Source: an uncultured delta proteobacterium
Lineage (GTDB): Bacteria > Desulfobacterota > Binatia > UBA9968
Length of the DNA stretch: 64,000 nucleotides
Assembly: GCA_963771465.1 (NCBI GenBank)
Contig: CAVYTU010000002.1
Span: forward strand, 101,945-165,944
Reading direction: 5' to 3'
Shown: piece after piece, positions 19,533 through 28,971 of the stretch
How positions within the stretch are numbered: position 1 is the first letter of the stretch
Layout of the letters: the number at the start of each line of letters is the position of its first letter
The notes under the pieces: model-generated
What the model was told of the DNA's origin: nothing
The model's input: only the letters and a program-made list of their open reading frames with translations
Databases searched by the model: none
Translations under genes and position numbers: made by a program

Positions 19533-19835
19533 ATGCCGGGAAACTCAATAAGAATAGTTGCCAAAGTAGTCGCTAACCCCGATAGCGTCGACCGAGTCTA
19601 CTCGATCCTTAGCAACCTGGTTGAACCAACTCGCGATGAGTCAGGCTGTATTAGCTATGAACTGCTACAGAATCGAACTGACCCAACAGACTTTACCTTT
19701 GTCGAGGAATGGGAGACTGATGCGGCAATAGATGCTCATTTAACGACAAAGCACATAAGGGATGCATTAACGAAACTGCCGGGTCTAATTTCAGGTGAGC
19801 CAGATATAAGGAGATATAGTGTGGTCAAAAAATAG
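19533..19835 (+). CDS. Antibiotic biosynthesis monooxygenase (ABM)/putative quinol monooxygenase
   Basis: LVEPTR.E.GCISYEL, F.FVEEW, AHL.T.H; AAGGAG RBS; visibly AT-richer than its neighbours. Confidence 0.88.
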   Translation: MPGNSIRIVAKVVANPDSVDRVYSILSNLVEPTRDESGCISYELLQNRTDPTDFTFVEEWETDAAIDAHLTTKHIRDALTKLPGLISGEPDIRRYSVVKK

Positions 19836-19931
19836 AACTAAGCAGGTTGCGTCGTCCAAGCACACACCAGTTCTTCGATCTACACCTTTATCCCATGTAT
19901 CTTCCGCCTATATCCGATCCACAACTTCTCC

Positions 19932-19961
19932 TTGACAGTTTCGTGCGTCGGGAAATATGAT
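19932..19961 (+). promoter_or_regulatory. Sigma70-type promoter of the radical SAM operon
   Basis: TTGACA-N18-TATGAT, ending ~66 bp upstream of ATG 20028. Confidence 0.6.
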
Positions 19962-20027
19962 CCAGACCAATATTAGCGGGGAAAGTTCCAGCCGCTCCAA
20001 TCGTTCACGGAAAGGGAAATCACACTC

Positions 20028-21422
20028 ATGGAGAATCTCGCGGAATTGACCACGGGTCGGAGATTGGATGAATTAGAAAACTATTTTCAGACTTACGGCG
20101 ATCTGCCGCGAGAGATTATTTTAAAGCATGATCTCCTGCGCGTCGGCCACTGGTTCACCGACGCCGCGCTCGAACTCGCTTCCCAAGCGCTGGTGAAATC
20201 CTACCGGTTGTTTTCCTACGATCTCATGGCGATGAAGGACATGAAGCGCAAAGAGCACCGCAAGATTCCCGAGTGGTTTACGATTCGCCGCGGCATATAC
20301 GGACTGCGGCCGGTGAGCATCCAGACGACACTCGATTCAAACTCGCCGTACGTCATCGATGTCGTCGACGGCCAGCCGAAGCTTCTGCTCAACGGCAAAG
20401 AGATCTGCGACGTTTATTTTCCCAAGCCGATGAAATACTACACGCGCAAGTTCGACGACGGCACGGCGTATCACGAGATCATCGCCTTCGGCTATTTCGT
20501 CACCGTGTTTCGCAACTGCCAGTACTGGGGCCCGGACGAAGAGTGCCGTTTCTGCGATATCAATATCAACGCGCGACAAATGAAGGAGTCGAAAGATTTC
20601 ACCTTCGACGCGCCGGTAAAGCCGGTGAAGTACATGGTCGAAGTGGCGCGCTCCATCGAACAAGACGCCGCCGAAGAAGTCGGCTTCACCCCGCCGATGG
20701 ATTTTCTCATCACCGGCGGGACGATTCTGAAAACGCTGCACGGCAAGAACGAGCTCGACTTCTATTCCGAGTATGTCTCGGCGCTCAAGTGGGGCGGCCG
20801 GCGGCGCTTCGTGAACCTGCAAACCAATGGCCAGGATAAAGAAACCATGAAGCACTACCGCGCCGCGGGCGTGGACTGTCATCACTCGAATATGGAAGTC
20901 TGGGACAAGCGGCTGTTCGAATGGATCAACCCGGGGAAAAACCGCCGCGTCGGTTGGGACGGTTGGGTGAAAAGCATGATCGACGAAGTGGATGTGTTCG
21001 GCGAAGGCAACGTGCGGCCCAACTTCGTCGGCGGCGTCGAGATGGCGAAGCCCTACGGTTTTGAAACCGTCGCAGAAGCCGTGAAGTCGACATCGGACGG
21101 CGTCGACTTCATGATGAGCCACGGCATCATCCCGCGCTTCAACCAATGGCGCCGGGAGCCGGGCTCGAACTTGGGATCCCAGTGGGACCAACCGCCGATC
21201 CCGCTGGAATATTATCTTCAGCTGATGGGCAACTACTACAACAGCTGGAAGAAATACAATCTACCCATGCCGCGCCGCGAGTGCGTTCACCCCGAGCGGC
21301 GCATCGGCTCCGGCCATGGCACTTACGACGATATTCTGTTGCTCAATGAGCTGCCGGACTACGAAGAAGCGTGGGACCGCGGCTTTAATGAAGGATTGAA
21401 AGGCTGCGTGACGCGGAACTAA
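20028..21422 (+). CDS. Radical SAM protein, PolH/NikJ-like, CX8CX2C motif
   Basis: TVFRNCQYWGPDEECRFCDIN, LITGGT, NMEVWD.RLF....PGK, PNFVGGVEMAKPYGF, MSHGI.PRF; these match recalled PolH/NikJ-family blocks. Confidence 0.8.
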   Translation: MENLAELTTGRRLDELENYFQTYGDLPREIILKHDLLRVGHWFTDAALELASQALVKSYRLFSYDLMAMKDMKRKEHRKIPEWFTIRRGIYGLRPVSIQTTLDSNSPYVIDVVDGQPKLLLNGKEICDVYFPKPMKYYTRKFDDGTAYHEIIAFGYFVTVFRNCQYWGPDEECRFCDININARQMKESKDFTFDAPVKPVKYMVEVARSIEQDAAEEVGFTPPMDFLITGGTILKTLHGKNELDFYSEYVSALKWGGRRRFVNLQTNGQDKETMKHYRAAGVDCHHSNMEVWDKRLFEWINPGKNRRVGWDGWVKSMIDEVDVFGEGNVRPNFVGGVEMAKPYGFETVAEAVKSTSDGVDFMMSHGIIPRFNQWRREPGSNLGSQWDQPPIPLEYYLQLMGNYYNSWKKYNLPMPRRECVHPERRIGSGHGTYDDILLLNELPDYEEAWDRGFNEGLKGCVTRN

Positions 21423-21430
21423 TGGAACAT

Positions 21431-21572
21431 GTTCAAACAGTTCAAGCCGTTCAAGCGCTTCGCTCCGTTCAAACCGTTCGATTCGGATGTTCTTTTCGCT
21501 CGCCCGCTTGTGGGAGAGGGCAAGGGTGAGGGTGACGTTTTGAACTATTTGAACGTTTTGAACGGCTTGAAC
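21431..21572. repeat. Palindromic array of 9-bp gttcaaNcc units around a gggagagg..agggtgagg REP-like core
   Basis: gttcaaaca/gttcaagcc/gttcaagcg/gttcaaacc on the left, complementary ttgaac units on the right. Confidence 0.7.
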
Positions 21573-21589
21573 TCCGAAGAGGTTTTTCG

Positions 21590-22993
21590 ATGATCGGCAG
21601 CGGCACGTTAACGAAACAGATCGCCGGCTATCTGGCGCGTACCGGATTTGACGCACTCAATGAGGACGCGTTGCGCGCGACTAAAGAGCATATCCTTTAC
21701 ACGCTAGGGACGATTCTCGCCGGGTCGAGCGCGCCGGGGATCAAGCAGGCGCTCGCCGGCGCGCGCGCGTTGAGCGGCGCCAGTCAGGAAAGCTCGGTTC
21801 TCGTCACCGGAGAGAAACTTCCCGCGGCTTCGGCTGCGCTGGTCAACGCCACCATGGGTCACAGCCGCGAGCTCGACATCAACGATGACCGTATCGCCTA
21901 CAAATCGTCCATCACGGTAATCCCAGCCGCGCTCGCGTTGGCGGAGAAAGCCGGCAAAGTTTCCGGCAAAGATTTTATCACCGCTGTTTGCCTCGGCGTC
22001 GATCTCGGCATCCGTCTCGGTCTGGCAACCAATCCGAAACCGGTGCACGCGCGCGCCATCGCGCTCGGTCCGTTCGCCGCAGCGGCAGGTTGTGGGAAGA
22101 TTCTCAAACTGAATGAAGACGGCATGCACGATGCCCTCGGCATCGCCTTTTGCCGTTCGACAGTTGCAGGCAACAGCACGGTCGCGCCGTCGCTGACCAA
22201 GCGGCTCGGCGTCGGCTTCGCCTCGCAGAGCGGCGTGGTCGCGGCAACGCTCGCTTCGGTCGGCTATCCCGCCGCCGGCGAAGTCCTGCAAGGCGCGGCC
22301 GGTTTCTTCCAAACCTTTTACCAGCAGGAAGGCGATTACGCCCAACTACTCGATCAACTCGGCAGCCGCTTTGAGATCGTTCTCGTCGGCCCGAAACCTT
22401 TTCCCTCTTGCCGCTACACCCATTGCGCCGTCACAGGCGTTTTAGATCTCGTGCGCAAGCATGCGATCAAAGCGCGCGACATCGACGAAGTCCGCGTGCA
22501 AATCGGCGAGCGCGACATGCGCTCGGTGGGCGGCTGGAGCGAAGACGAGAAAAAGAAAAAGCACCGTCCCGAAGGCGTGGTCGACGCGCAGTTCAGCATT
22601 CCTTACACCGTCGCCGCCACGCTCGTCAGCGGCGGGCTGTCGCTGGAAGAATTCACCGACGCGAAATTGCGCAGCGAAGAAATCCTCGATCTCGCCGCGC
22701 GCGTGAAGACCATTCTCACGCCGGAATTCGACCACGGCCCGATGGATGTCAAACCGCAAGTCGTCGAGATCGTCATGCGCGACGGCAGAATGTTCAACCA
22801 AAAAGTCATCTATCCGAAGGGCAATCCCAACAACCCGGTAACCTCCGAAGAACTCGTCGCCGCCTTCCGCGGCATGGCCAGTTATGCAGCCAAACCGCTC
22901 AGCGCCGCCAAGATCGACGACGCGGTCGAGCTAGCGCAACGGTTGGAAGAAGTAGACGATGTCGCTGTGCTGGCGAAGTTGTTGACCGCGTAA
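21590..22993 (+). CDS. MmgE/PrpD family protein
   Basis: AALVNAT.GH, IPAALALAE, K.L..G.A...G..AA, KPFPSCRYTH, AQFSIPY, PKG.P.NP. Confidence 0.88.
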   Translation: MIGSGTLTKQIAGYLARTGFDALNEDALRATKEHILYTLGTILAGSSAPGIKQALAGARALSGASQESSVLVTGEKLPAASAALVNATMGHSRELDINDDRIAYKSSITVIPAALALAEKAGKVSGKDFITAVCLGVDLGIRLGLATNPKPVHARAIALGPFAAAAGCGKILKLNEDGMHDALGIAFCRSTVAGNSTVAPSLTKRLGVGFASQSGVVAATLASVGYPAAGEVLQGAAGFFQTFYQQEGDYAQLLDQLGSRFEIVLVGPKPFPSCRYTHCAVTGVLDLVRKHAIKARDIDEVRVQIGERDMRSVGGWSEDEKKKKHRPEGVVDAQFSIPYTVAATLVSGGLSLEEFTDAKLRSEEILDLAARVKTILTPEFDHGPMDVKPQVVEIVMRDGRMFNQKVIYPKGNPNNPVTSEELVAAFRGMASYAAKPLSAAKIDDAVELAQRLEEVDDVAVLAKLLTA

Positions 22994-23040
22994 TGCGTCA
23001 TTCAAACAGAGTGAACCACGTTGGCGCTTGGGATCGATTC

Positions 23041-23077
23041 CTTTCCCCCTTGCGGGGAAAGGTTAGGATAGGGGTGC
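23041..23077 (+). repeat. REP-like element, copy A (ctttcccccttgcggggaaaggttaggataggggtgc)
   Basis: Hairpin plus tail; near-identical inverted copy at 28915-28952. Confidence 0.75.
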
Positions 23078-23149
23078 CAAGCTATCGGCACCGGGTAACG
23101 CGGGCCGCGAAAAGCGCAGCGATTGAGTAAATCAAAGGACGACGTCTCG

Positions 23150-24232
23150 ATGCCGAAACGGTTTTTCTGCCAAATTTGCTTGAGCACTTTGCTCGCGTTT
23201 CTATTCGTTAATCGCTTGCTCGCCGCCGAGCCTTTCTACCAAGGCAAGACGTTGCGCGTGATCGTCGCTTCGGCCGCCGGTGGCGGCAGCGACATCGTCG
23301 CACGCTTGATGATGCGTCATTTGCCGCGCCTTATACCCGGCAACCCGACTATCATCGTTGAAAACATGCCGGGTGCCGGCGAGATCATCGGCACGAACTA
23401 CGTCTACGGCAAAGCCAAACCGGATGGACTCACTACGTTGTTTGCCACCGGTACGCCAATCAACCAGTTGATCGAGTTGCCCGGCATCGAGTTCGATGTC
23501 ACGAAGATGCCCATCGTCGGCGGCAGTTCTGAATCGGTAGCCGCGTTCATCAGAACCGACAAGACCGGTGTGAAATCGGCGCGCGAGCTATTGAATCCGA
23601 AAGCGCCCATCGTCATCGGCGGCTCCGGTTACGGTTCGATCAAAGACGTGTCGATGCTGGCAGCCATGAATCTGCTCGGCGTAAAGAATCCCACATACGT
23701 TACCGGCTACGGCGGCGCCGGCCCGATCCGTCTTGCCTACGAGCGCGCCGAAGTGAATTTCACCCAAGAAACCGCCGTCGGCATATCACGCTCGGTGCTG
23801 CCCTGGGTGCGCGAAGGTTGGACCTCGATTCTTTACCAGGTCGGTTTTCTCGACGGCAAAGGCATCGTAATCAAAGACCCGGTGTGGAAAGAGCTCGGCA
23901 TTGACACGCCGTCGATCACGGAAGTCTATCGCGCCGTGTACGGGCGCGAGGCGGCGGGACCCGCGTGGGAAGCGGAGAAGGCTTTGATCGGCGGCTATTC
24001 ACTGACGCGGATGATGGCGGTCGCGCCCAAGACTCCGCCAACGCTGATCGCGGAGCTGCGCCAAGCATTTCAAGCGATGGGCAAAGACCAAGCCTTCTTA
24101 ACGGAATGGACCAAGAGCCAAGGCTCCCCGCCGCGTTTGGTGCCCGGCGATGAAGCCGGCAGTATCGCCGCATCGATTCTCAAAGCGCCGCGGGAAGCGG
24201 TGAATATTTTGAAAAAACTCTCCGCGCCTTAA
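23150..24232 (+). CDS. TctC/Bug-like substrate-binding protein
   Basis: FYQGKTLRVIV...AGGGSD..AR, IIVENMPGAG, AKPDGLT. Confidence 0.87.
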   Translation: MPKRFFCQICLSTLLAFLFVNRLLAAEPFYQGKTLRVIVASAAGGGSDIVARLMMRHLPRLIPGNPTIIVENMPGAGEIIGTNYVYGKAKPDGLTTLFATGTPINQLIELPGIEFDVTKMPIVGGSSESVAAFIRTDKTGVKSARELLNPKAPIVIGGSGYGSIKDVSMLAAMNLLGVKNPTYVTGYGGAGPIRLAYERAEVNFTQETAVGISRSVLPWVREGWTSILYQVGFLDGKGIVIKDPVWKELGIDTPSITEVYRAVYGREAAGPAWEAEKALIGGYSLTRMMAVAPKTPPTLIAELRQAFQAMGKDQAFLTEWTKSQGSPPRLVPGDEAGSIAASILKAPREAVNILKKLSAP

Positions 24233-24255
24233 GTTTTGCGCAGACATAAAAATTC

Positions 24256-25224
24256 ATGCGAGCACTCATCGTCATTGTCCTGATCGCCATCTTCGTCCGT
24301 CCTGCCGGCGCCGCCGACAAACTCCGCATCGGCTACGGCGCGCCGTCGGTGGCGATGTCCGTGCTTTGGATCACCAAGGAAGGAAAACTTTTCGACAAAA
24401 ACGGTCTCGACGTCGAAGTGCTGTACCTGGAAAGCTCGCTCGTCCAGCGCGCCCTGATCGCCGGCAACATCGCCTTCGGCGAAATGACCGGATCGCTGAT
24501 GTCTCCGCCGCGTCTGCAGGGCGCCGACATCGTCATGGTCGCCGGCGTTCTAAACCATCTCTTGTATCGTCTGATCGCCCGCCCGGAAATCAAAACTCCA
24601 GCCGATCTCAGAGGCAAACGCGTCGGCGTGTCGCGCTTTGGCGCCGGCGCGGACCGCGCAACTCGTCTATTGCTTTCCAAGCTGGGCTTAAATCCGGAAA
24701 AGGATTTGACCTTGATACAAGTCGGCGGCGCGCCGACCCGGCTCGCGGCACTTACCGCGAACAGCATCGACGCGACGATCGTCGAACCGCCGGATCACAA
24801 AAAAGCCCAGGACGCCGGCATGAGAGTGCTGGCCAATATGGAAGAGATGAACATTCCGTTTCAACACACCGGTCTCGTGACCACGCGGGCACAACTGGCA
24901 AAGTCCCCTGACATTTCGCGCCGCGTGATGAAATCGTTCGTCGAAGGTATCCATCTTGCCGCGACCAATCCAGAAGTCGCCAAACAAGCGTTTCGCCGAT
25001 ATTTGCGCTTGCAACAAGAACGCGAGCAGGAAGACGCTTATCAAGTTCTGCGCAGCTTCTTGCCGCGCAAACCTTATCCGACCATCGAAGGTTTCAAAGC
25101 CGTCTTCGCTGAACTCGCCGACCAGATTCCCGCGGCAAAAAACGCCGACCCCAAAGACTTCATCGACACCCGATTGCTAGAAGATCTTGACCGCAGTGGT
25201 TACATCGACGGCTTGTACAAGTAG
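24256..25224 (+). CDS. NMT1/SsuA-like ABC substrate-binding protein
   Basis: Signal peptide; LF.KNGLDVE, DLRGKRVGVSRFG, GLNPEKD. Confidence 0.88.
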   Translation: MRALIVIVLIAIFVRPAGAADKLRIGYGAPSVAMSVLWITKEGKLFDKNGLDVEVLYLESSLVQRALIAGNIAFGEMTGSLMSPPRLQGADIVMVAGVLNHLLYRLIARPEIKTPADLRGKRVGVSRFGAGADRATRLLLSKLGLNPEKDLTLIQVGGAPTRLAALTANSIDATIVEPPDHKKAQDAGMRVLANMEEMNIPFQHTGLVTTRAQLAKSPDISRRVMKSFVEGIHLAATNPEVAKQAFRRYLRLQQEREQEDAYQVLRSFLPRKPYPTIEGFKAVFAELADQIPAAKNADPKDFIDTRLLEDLDRSGYIDGLYK

Positions 25225-25304
25225 AGGAACAATCGCCGCGGAGACGCCGAGAACGCATAGGCGGAGGCGCGCTTTGATTTGGATCTAACTGCGAATAATC
25301 CGGG

Positions 25305-26978
25305 CTAGTTAGTGAAGAAGGGATAATCTCGCTTGGCGCGCGCCGCGGAAACGTAACCCAGTTCAACGTCGCGTTTGATCGCTGCGCCAGCGCGCTCGTC
25401 CCGCGCGCCGTAACCGCCGCCGCCGGCCGTGAAGAACGTGACGGTCTCACCCGGATGAACTAGTAAATGGCTGAATTTTCCCGGCAGCGTTTCGGCGCTG
25501 CCATTGCGCTCAATGCGGGTCTCGTTGACCGCGCCTTCGGCGCCGCCCAATAGTCCCCAGGGCGGACATTTGATGCGGTCGGTGTTGCGGCTCAAGAAAA
25601 AATTTTCCAGCGACCTCACCTTGACTTCGACGCCGTTGCCGCCGCGAAACTTGCCGGCGCCGCCGCTGTCGGTTCGAAACGCGTGGCACTCGTAGAGCAG
25701 CGGATAATAAAGTTCTTGCAACTCGATGGGCGTATTTTTGACGTCGCCTTGGCACATGGACACGGCTGAAGAAACACCGTCCTCGAAGGGCCGGCCGCCC
25801 CAGCCGCCACCAATGATATTCTGACAAACGTAACGCCGGCCGGTCTTCGAGTTCATGCCGAAGATCGCGTAGCCGCCCATGTCGCCTTTGTGCGCCGCCG
25901 GCACTTGGGCAGGTAACGCCGGGGCGAGCGCGCGGAAAATTGTGTCGAGCACCGTCGGCAACGACAGGCTCCAGCCGCCGATCGGCGCCGGCCGCCGCGC
26001 GCTGAGAATTTTTCCCGGCGGCAAAATCACCTTGAGCGCGAGAAACGAACCTTCGTTGACTTCGCGCTGCGGTGAGGTCAACGCTTTAAACGCGACCCGC
26101 GCCGCGGCCATGCCGCCGGATGAGCCGCAGTTGATGAAGCCGGGTACTTGTTCGCTGACTTCGGAGTAATCGATGGTCAGCTCATCACCGCGCACTTCGA
26201 CTTTTATCTTGAGCGGAATTGTTTTGTTCATCACTCTGCCATCGTCGTCGAGAAACGACGAAGCTTGGTAAACGCCGTCCGGAATCGCGCGCACCGCTGC
26301 GCGCACCAGTTTATCGGTTTGCTCCCAGATCGCGGCGACCGCTTCCTGAAAACCCGCGCCGCCGTACTTCTGGCAAATCTGCTCCAAGCGTTCCTCGCCG
26401 GTGCGGCAGCAAGCGATCTGCGCGCGCAGGTCACCGAACGACGACTCGGGAAAGCGAATGTTGTCCTCGATCAAACGCAGAACTTCGGTGTTCGGCTGGC
26501 CTTGCTTGTAAATTTTCACCGAGCGAACTTGCAGTCCTTCTTCGTAAACGTCGCGCGTATTGCTGGAACCGAAACCGGTGCTGCCGCCGCCAACGTCGAT
26601 CCAGTGCGCCCGCACGGCGAGAAAGCACATCAACTCGCCTTGCCAAAAAAACGGCGTATACACTGCCATGTTGTTTAGATGCTGGCCGCAGATCTCCGGA
26701 TGATTCACTAAGAAAACATCGCCGGGATGGATATTGTCCTTGCCGTAAACTTCGATGCCGTCCTGCACCGCCACGCCGAGGTCGGCGAGAAAGATCGGCA
26801 ACGCGCCTTCGTTCTGCGACATCGTCCGCCCTTCATGATCAAGCACCGCGACGCAGTAATCCTGCACTTCGTAGATCATCATGTTATAGGCGGTCTTCTT
26901 CAGCACCGCCGACATCTCGTTAGCGGCGGCTTTCAAGGCGCAGCGGATTATTTCAACTGTAATCGGATCGACGGACAC
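25305..26978 (-). CDS. Hydantoinase B / 5-oxoprolinase beta subunit
   Basis: DPITVEII, PGDVFLVNHP, HLNN, AHWIDVGG, EEGL, DSGGAGKFRGG, TAGGGGYG; GTG start after GAGG. Confidence 0.92.
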   Translation of the reverse strand: MSVDPITVEIIRCALKAAANEMSAVLKKTAYNMMIYEVQDYCVAVLDHEGRTMSQNEGALPIFLADLGVAVQDGIEVYGKDNIHPGDVFLVNHPEICGQHLNNMAVYTPFFWQGELMCFLAVRAHWIDVGGGSTGFGSSNTRDVYEEGLQVRSVKIYKQGQPNTEVLRLIEDNIRFPESSFGDLRAQIACCRTGEERLEQICQKYGGAGFQEAVAAIWEQTDKLVRAAVRAIPDGVYQASSFLDDDGRVMNKTIPLKIKVEVRGDELTIDYSEVSEQVPGFINCGSSGGMAAARVAFKALTSPQREVNEGSFLALKVILPPGKILSARRPAPIGGWSLSLPTVLDTIFRALAPALPAQVPAAHKGDMGGYAIFGMNSKTGRRYVCQNIIGGGWGGRPFEDGVSSAVSMCQGDVKNTPIELQELYYPLLYECHAFRTDSGGAGKFRGGNGVEVKVRSLENFFLSRNTDRIKCPPWGLLGGAEGAVNETRIERNGSAETLPGKFSHLLVHPGETVTFFTAGGGGYGARDERAGAAIKRDVELGYVSAARAKRDYPFFTN

Positions 26979-26985
26979 ACGCACC

Positions 26986-28035
26986 TCACAATCCCTTTCC
27001 ACCCGCAACGCGGGCGAAAAAACCTTCTCGGCGCAGTTCCTGCAACAAACCGTTGTCGAAAAACTCCTCCGCTTTGGCACTCTTCGCTCCCGCCCCACCG
27101 GGCTGGGTGGCGAGAAACTTGAGCACCACGCCAATCCCCTTTTCGTCGGTCAACGGCGGGAAAGAAAACAATTTAGAGTAATATTCGTAACTGCGTTTGG
27201 CGATGACCTCGTCGGTGATGCGCATATACTTTTTCATGATTGGTAGGCTGGTCTCGACATCGGTTTTGAGGACGTGGATCGCTTCGACATAGGCCATCAA
27301 CATCCGCTTGACCAAGTCGCGATTATTGCGCAGCAGTTCCTTGCGAACGACCAATCCGGATTGGGGAAAGGGATCGGAACCGGTGGCGAAATCCGCCAGC
27401 GGCGTAAGATTGTACTTTTCTGCTTCAAAACTAAACGGCGGCGCCAAGACCGTCGCATCGATGGTGCCGGCGACCACCGCGGCGAGCCGCGGTTGGGTTC
27501 CTGGAATCGCGAGAACGGTGACCGACTTCGGATCGATGCCCCAACGTTCCAGCGCATTGAGAAAAAAGAAAGTGTTCATCTCGCCCGGACCGACCAGCCC
27601 GACGGTCTTGCCAACTAGATCCTGCGGTTTTTTCACCGTCTTCGGTTGACCGACAATGCTCACCGTCGGCCGGTTCGTCGAAGTCGCGATGATTACGAGA
27701 TCGCCACCCGCCAAGTTGGCCTGCACCGGCGCGACGCCAGCGCTCTGCGACAGTTGCAGCGCATTGGCCAACAGCGCCGCCGTACTGCGCGCGCCACCGG
27801 CGATCCGCACCAACTCTGAAGTCATGCCGTACTTGGCGAACAATTTAAGTTCATGAGCAACCCAAATCGGCGCCTGATAGCCCAACTCGCCGCCGTAGCC
27901 CGCCGTCATCTTCACCGGCGCGCTGACTTGGGCGCTAAAGGAAATCCCGTGCACCATGAGCGCGACGAATAGACCGAATAATAATGCCCAAGATTTTCCA
28001 GACACTTCTAACCCCTTACTTTTTTTCCGGTTCAT
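26986..28035 (-). CDS. NMT1/SsuA-like ABC substrate-binding protein
   Basis: Signal peptide; LFAKYG, DLVGKTVG, GIDP, IDATVL.PP. Confidence 0.85.
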   Translation of the reverse strand: MNRKKSKGLEVSGKSWALLFGLFVALMVHGISFSAQVSAPVKMTAGYGGELGYQAPIWVAHELKLFAKYGMTSELVRIAGGARSTAALLANALQLSQSAGVAPVQANLAGGDLVIIATSTNRPTVSIVGQPKTVKKPQDLVGKTVGLVGPGEMNTFFFLNALERWGIDPKSVTVLAIPGTQPRLAAVVAGTIDATVLAPPFSFEAEKYNLTPLADFATGSDPFPQSGLVVRKELLRNNRDLVKRMLMAYVEAIHVLKTDVETSLPIMKKYMRITDEVIAKRSYEYYSKLFSFPPLTDEKGIGVVLKFLATQPGGAGAKSAKAEEFFDNGLLQELRREGFFARVAGGKGL

Positions 28036-28801
28036 CCTTCCCCACATACGACTGCCGATACGTCTGCAACGTCTTACCGCGCAGCTCGTAGAGAAACTGA
28101 ATGATCCGCTCGTTGCTCATGAATTTGTCTTGTTCGTAATGATCGTGATGGACAATTTCTTCCAGAGGCCGGCGCACGCCTTCCGACGGTTGCACTGCGG
28201 GATAGCCGATGGGAATGATCAGATACAGCATCATCAAGTCCGGCACGCCGAGAACTTTTTTAAACGGCTCTTGGACGTGGATCGTCACCCATTGTGTTGC
28301 CAGACCAAGCGACACCGCCGCCAGATGCATGAACGTGCAGGTGTTCGCCAAGCCGTCGGTGAGATGCGATTGGTCGCGGCCGAAAGTATGCGCACCCTGC
28401 ACCGTGCCCCACTGGCGCCGCCCGTCGCCGACCACGACGATCAACGCCGGCGCCTCGGACCAACCCGCGCCGCGCCGTTGCCGCTCGACGGCTTCGTCGG
28501 CGGTCATTTGATAGGCGGGATGGCGCAGTTCGAAAACTCGCTGCTGCTCCATCCAGTAAATGAAATCGGTGTTGTCTTCGGAGTAACAGCGGAAAAGATC
28601 TTTCTTGACCTGCGGATCTTTGACAACGATATATTCCCACGGCTGCGAGTTGGCACCGGACATCGCCCAGCGGCCCGCCTCAAGAATTTTTTCGATACAG
28701 CCGTCCGGAATCGGATCGGGCTTCAGCTTGCGCACGCTCGAGCGGCGCCGAATGATGTCGTAGAGAAGATCGTAACCTGGGGTAGTAGTGTCTGCGGACA
28801 T
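28016..28801 (-). CDS. Nitroreductase family protein
   Basis: IRRRSSVR, SGANSQPWEYIVV, MHLAAVSLGL, IPIGYP. Confidence 0.9.
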   Translation of the reverse strand: MSADTTTPGYDLLYDIIRRRSSVRKLKPDPIPDGCIEKILEAGRWAMSGANSQPWEYIVVKDPQVKKDLFRCYSEDNTDFIYWMEQQRVFELRHPAYQMTADEAVERQRRGAGWSEAPALIVVVGDGRRQWGTVQGAHTFGRDQSHLTDGLANTCTFMHLAAVSLGLATQWVTIHVQEPFKKVLGVPDLMMLYLIIPIGYPAVQPSEGVRRPLEEIVHHDHYEQDKFMSNERIIQFLYELRGKTLQTYRQSYVGKDEPEKK

Positions 28802-28914
28802 GTTTGAACCTCCGAAGTCTGGAAACAATTGATTTGCAGCTCAGTTCTTATAGCTGACAACACAGATTGGCTTCAATCACCCACTACGCTAGATCCTGCA
28901 CACCGAGTTGCGCA

Positions 28915-28952
28915 GCACCCCTATCCTAACCTTCCCCCATCAAGGGGGAAGG
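28915..28952 (-). repeat. REP-like element, copy B (inverse of 23041-23077)
   Basis: gcacccctatcctaaccttcccccatcaagggggaagg. Confidence 0.75.
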
Positions 28953-28971
28953 AACCTGAGCCGCCATCGAA

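Noticed and set aside
18160-19835. Integron cassette array
   Set aside because: No intI, and I could not identify attC R''/R' boxes with the required palindrome; kept only as an unexplained repeat
21431-21572. Short repeats considered as a CRISPR array
   Set aside because: Units are 9 bp with no unique spacers, and there are no cas genes
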